Source of the DNA: Penicillus capitatus | Lineage: Eukaryota; Plantae; Chlorophyta | Assembly: GCA_965649825.1 (NCBI GenBank) | Contig: OZ287695.1 | Coordinates: forward strand, 911,081 to 975,080 | Direction of reading: 5' to 3' | Length of the DNA stretch: 64,000 bases | Part shown: positions 62,490-64,000 of the stretch, one piece after another | How positions within the stretch are numbered: the first letter of the stretch is position 1 | Layout of the letters: the number at the start of each line of letters is the position of its first letter | Notes under the pieces: generated by a model | Seen by the model: the letters and a program-made list of their open reading frames with translations, nothing else | Told to the model about the DNA's origin: nothing | Databases searched by the model: none | Made by a program: the position numbers and the translations under genes

Positions 62490-63089
62490 CGATCAATTTA
62501 GGTGCGATGTCCTTTTAAGCACAGTTGATTCTTCTTTAACGAAACCACTTTGGAACAAATGCGTTTAATGTGATGTAATGTCGAGATACATTCTTTTGCA
62601 AAGATGTCTAGAGATTAGAATGCAGCTTAGAATGAAATGATTACCAAGTCCAACCGAATGGTAGTTCAAACTTCACTGTAAACAAACAGCGAAACCTTGA
62701 TGGACTCTGGGCAGATGCCACTCACTCATTCCCACAACAAAGGTGAGTAATGTAACGTTGATACGAAATGTCACTGATAGAAAGAGTGAGATTGTCACTA
62801 TTGTCATCAGAAAGCAGAGGATGTTTGAACGTCACAGATGTTTTAGTTACGGTCTCAGAATTTTTTAGGCAATGCATTGAATTCGTCAATCATCATTTGA
62901 TAACTGAGCCACGGCCATAGTGACCTCTCTCATCTTGTACAGGAAAGCAATCAATCGACGGTGTCTCCATTTAGACTTTTTCAGAAGTGTTTCTTTCAAA
63001 ACATTAAGTGTTGTAAGTTCAGCTAAAGGTCGGATAGACAGTTATGCAGATGATATGTTTTGCAGCCGAGGACTCCATTTGACGACCCC
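62490..63089 (-). repeat. Conserved 3' flank of ankyrin gene 5, homologous to 235-836
   Basis: Colinear blocks from gtccgatc...gcgatgt through gagatacattc, cattcccacaacaaaggtga and aatcaatc. Confidence 0.8.
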
Positions 63090-64000
63090 TCATGGTCGCA
63101 AGAGTCTCCTAAGAGAAGGTCCTTCTGAGTTAGCGCAATCAGGGTCAGCATAAAGACAGATAACGTCAAATGGCGTTTCTCTGCTGTTGTTGGTTACCGT
63201 CTTTGAAGCTCCGGCATTCACCAGAACCTATATGAAATGCACCGTGAACATTAACATGCTACCTCTGACTCGCCTTTGTTGTCTTTGACCGACCGTACAT
63301 CGCGGCTTTGTGAAGTGGAGTTTGTCCAGATTCATCGACCGCATCGACATCGGCCCCTGCGTCTAGCAGCAGCTACAACCAACAACTACGTGGACAAGAA
63401 CAGAAGGAGATTGGAGTGCACCTGTACAACTTCGGGGCTTCCATTGAAGCCGGCGGCTTCATGAAGTGGAGTTTCTCCATATTTATCGACCGCATCGACA
63501 TCGGCCTCTGCGTCTAGCAGCAGCTACAACCAGCGACAACGTGGACATAAGAACTAAGGCAAATCGACATGCACCTGTACAACTTCGGGGTTTTCATTGA
63601 AGCCGGCGGCTCTATGAAGTGGAGTTTGTCCAGATTCATCGACCGCATCGACATCGGCCCCTGCGTCTAGCAGCAGCTACAACCAGCAACAACGTGAACA
63701 AGAACAGAAGGAGATTGGAGTGCACCTGTACAACTTCGGGGCTTCCATTGAAGCCGGCGGCTCTATGAAGTGGAGTTTGTCCAGATTCATCGACCGCATC
63801 GACATCGGCCCCTGCGTCTAGCAGCAGCTACAACCAGCAACAACGTGAACAAGAACAGAAGGAGATTGGAGTGCACCTGTACAACTTCGGGGCTTCCATT
63901 GAAGCCGGCGGCTCTATGAAGTGGAGTTTGTCCAGATTCATCGACCGCATCGACATCGGCCCCTGCGTCTAGCAGCAGCTACAACCAACAACTACGTGAA
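63090..64000 (-). CDS. 3' part of an ankyrin-repeat gene of the same family (paralogue 5); 5' end outside the window
   Basis: 102-nt exons LLLDAGADVDAVDESGQTPLHRAAGFNGSPEVVQ in ~151-bp units; same GC-AG last intron and C-terminal cap (VICLYADPDC...LLRP*) as the other paralogues; protease domain not visible here. Confidence 0.8.

Overview
Gene-dense eukaryotic nuclear DNA with short (~44-60 nt) GT-AG and GC-AG introns and the standard genetic code. Plant-like LIMR, metaxin and legumain homologues plus a probable plastid-targeted kinase-like gene suggest a green alga (inference; the species cannot be fixed from sequence alone). The most striking content is a family of five paralogues (four complete, one running off the right edge) that I reconstruct by splicing as signal peptide - S1 (trypsin-fold) serine protease - acidic linker - ankyrin-repeat array. 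Each ankyrin repeat is one phase-0 exon of 33-34 codons, and the exon+intron units are visibly duplicated and recombined, so repeat number (7, 8, 9, ~11) and surface residues differ between paralogues. Interleaved are two alpha2delta-like VWA/Cache proteins carrying a C-type lectin domain. The middle of the window holds housekeeping genes (metaxin, TRM8, SPB1, TIM21, OS-9, type II peroxiredoxin, Nup62-like), a CD36-family receptor, two legumains, two rhodanese-type sulfurtransferases, a PAN/Apple protein, a small orphan Cys-rich secreted protein and an FAD monooxygenase. Near the right end a decayed LINE is interrupted by a 398-bp tRNA-headed SINE with a perfect 16-bp target-site duplication. 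All gene models are manual splice reconstructions without transcript evidence, and homology calls come from remembered family motifs, not database searches.
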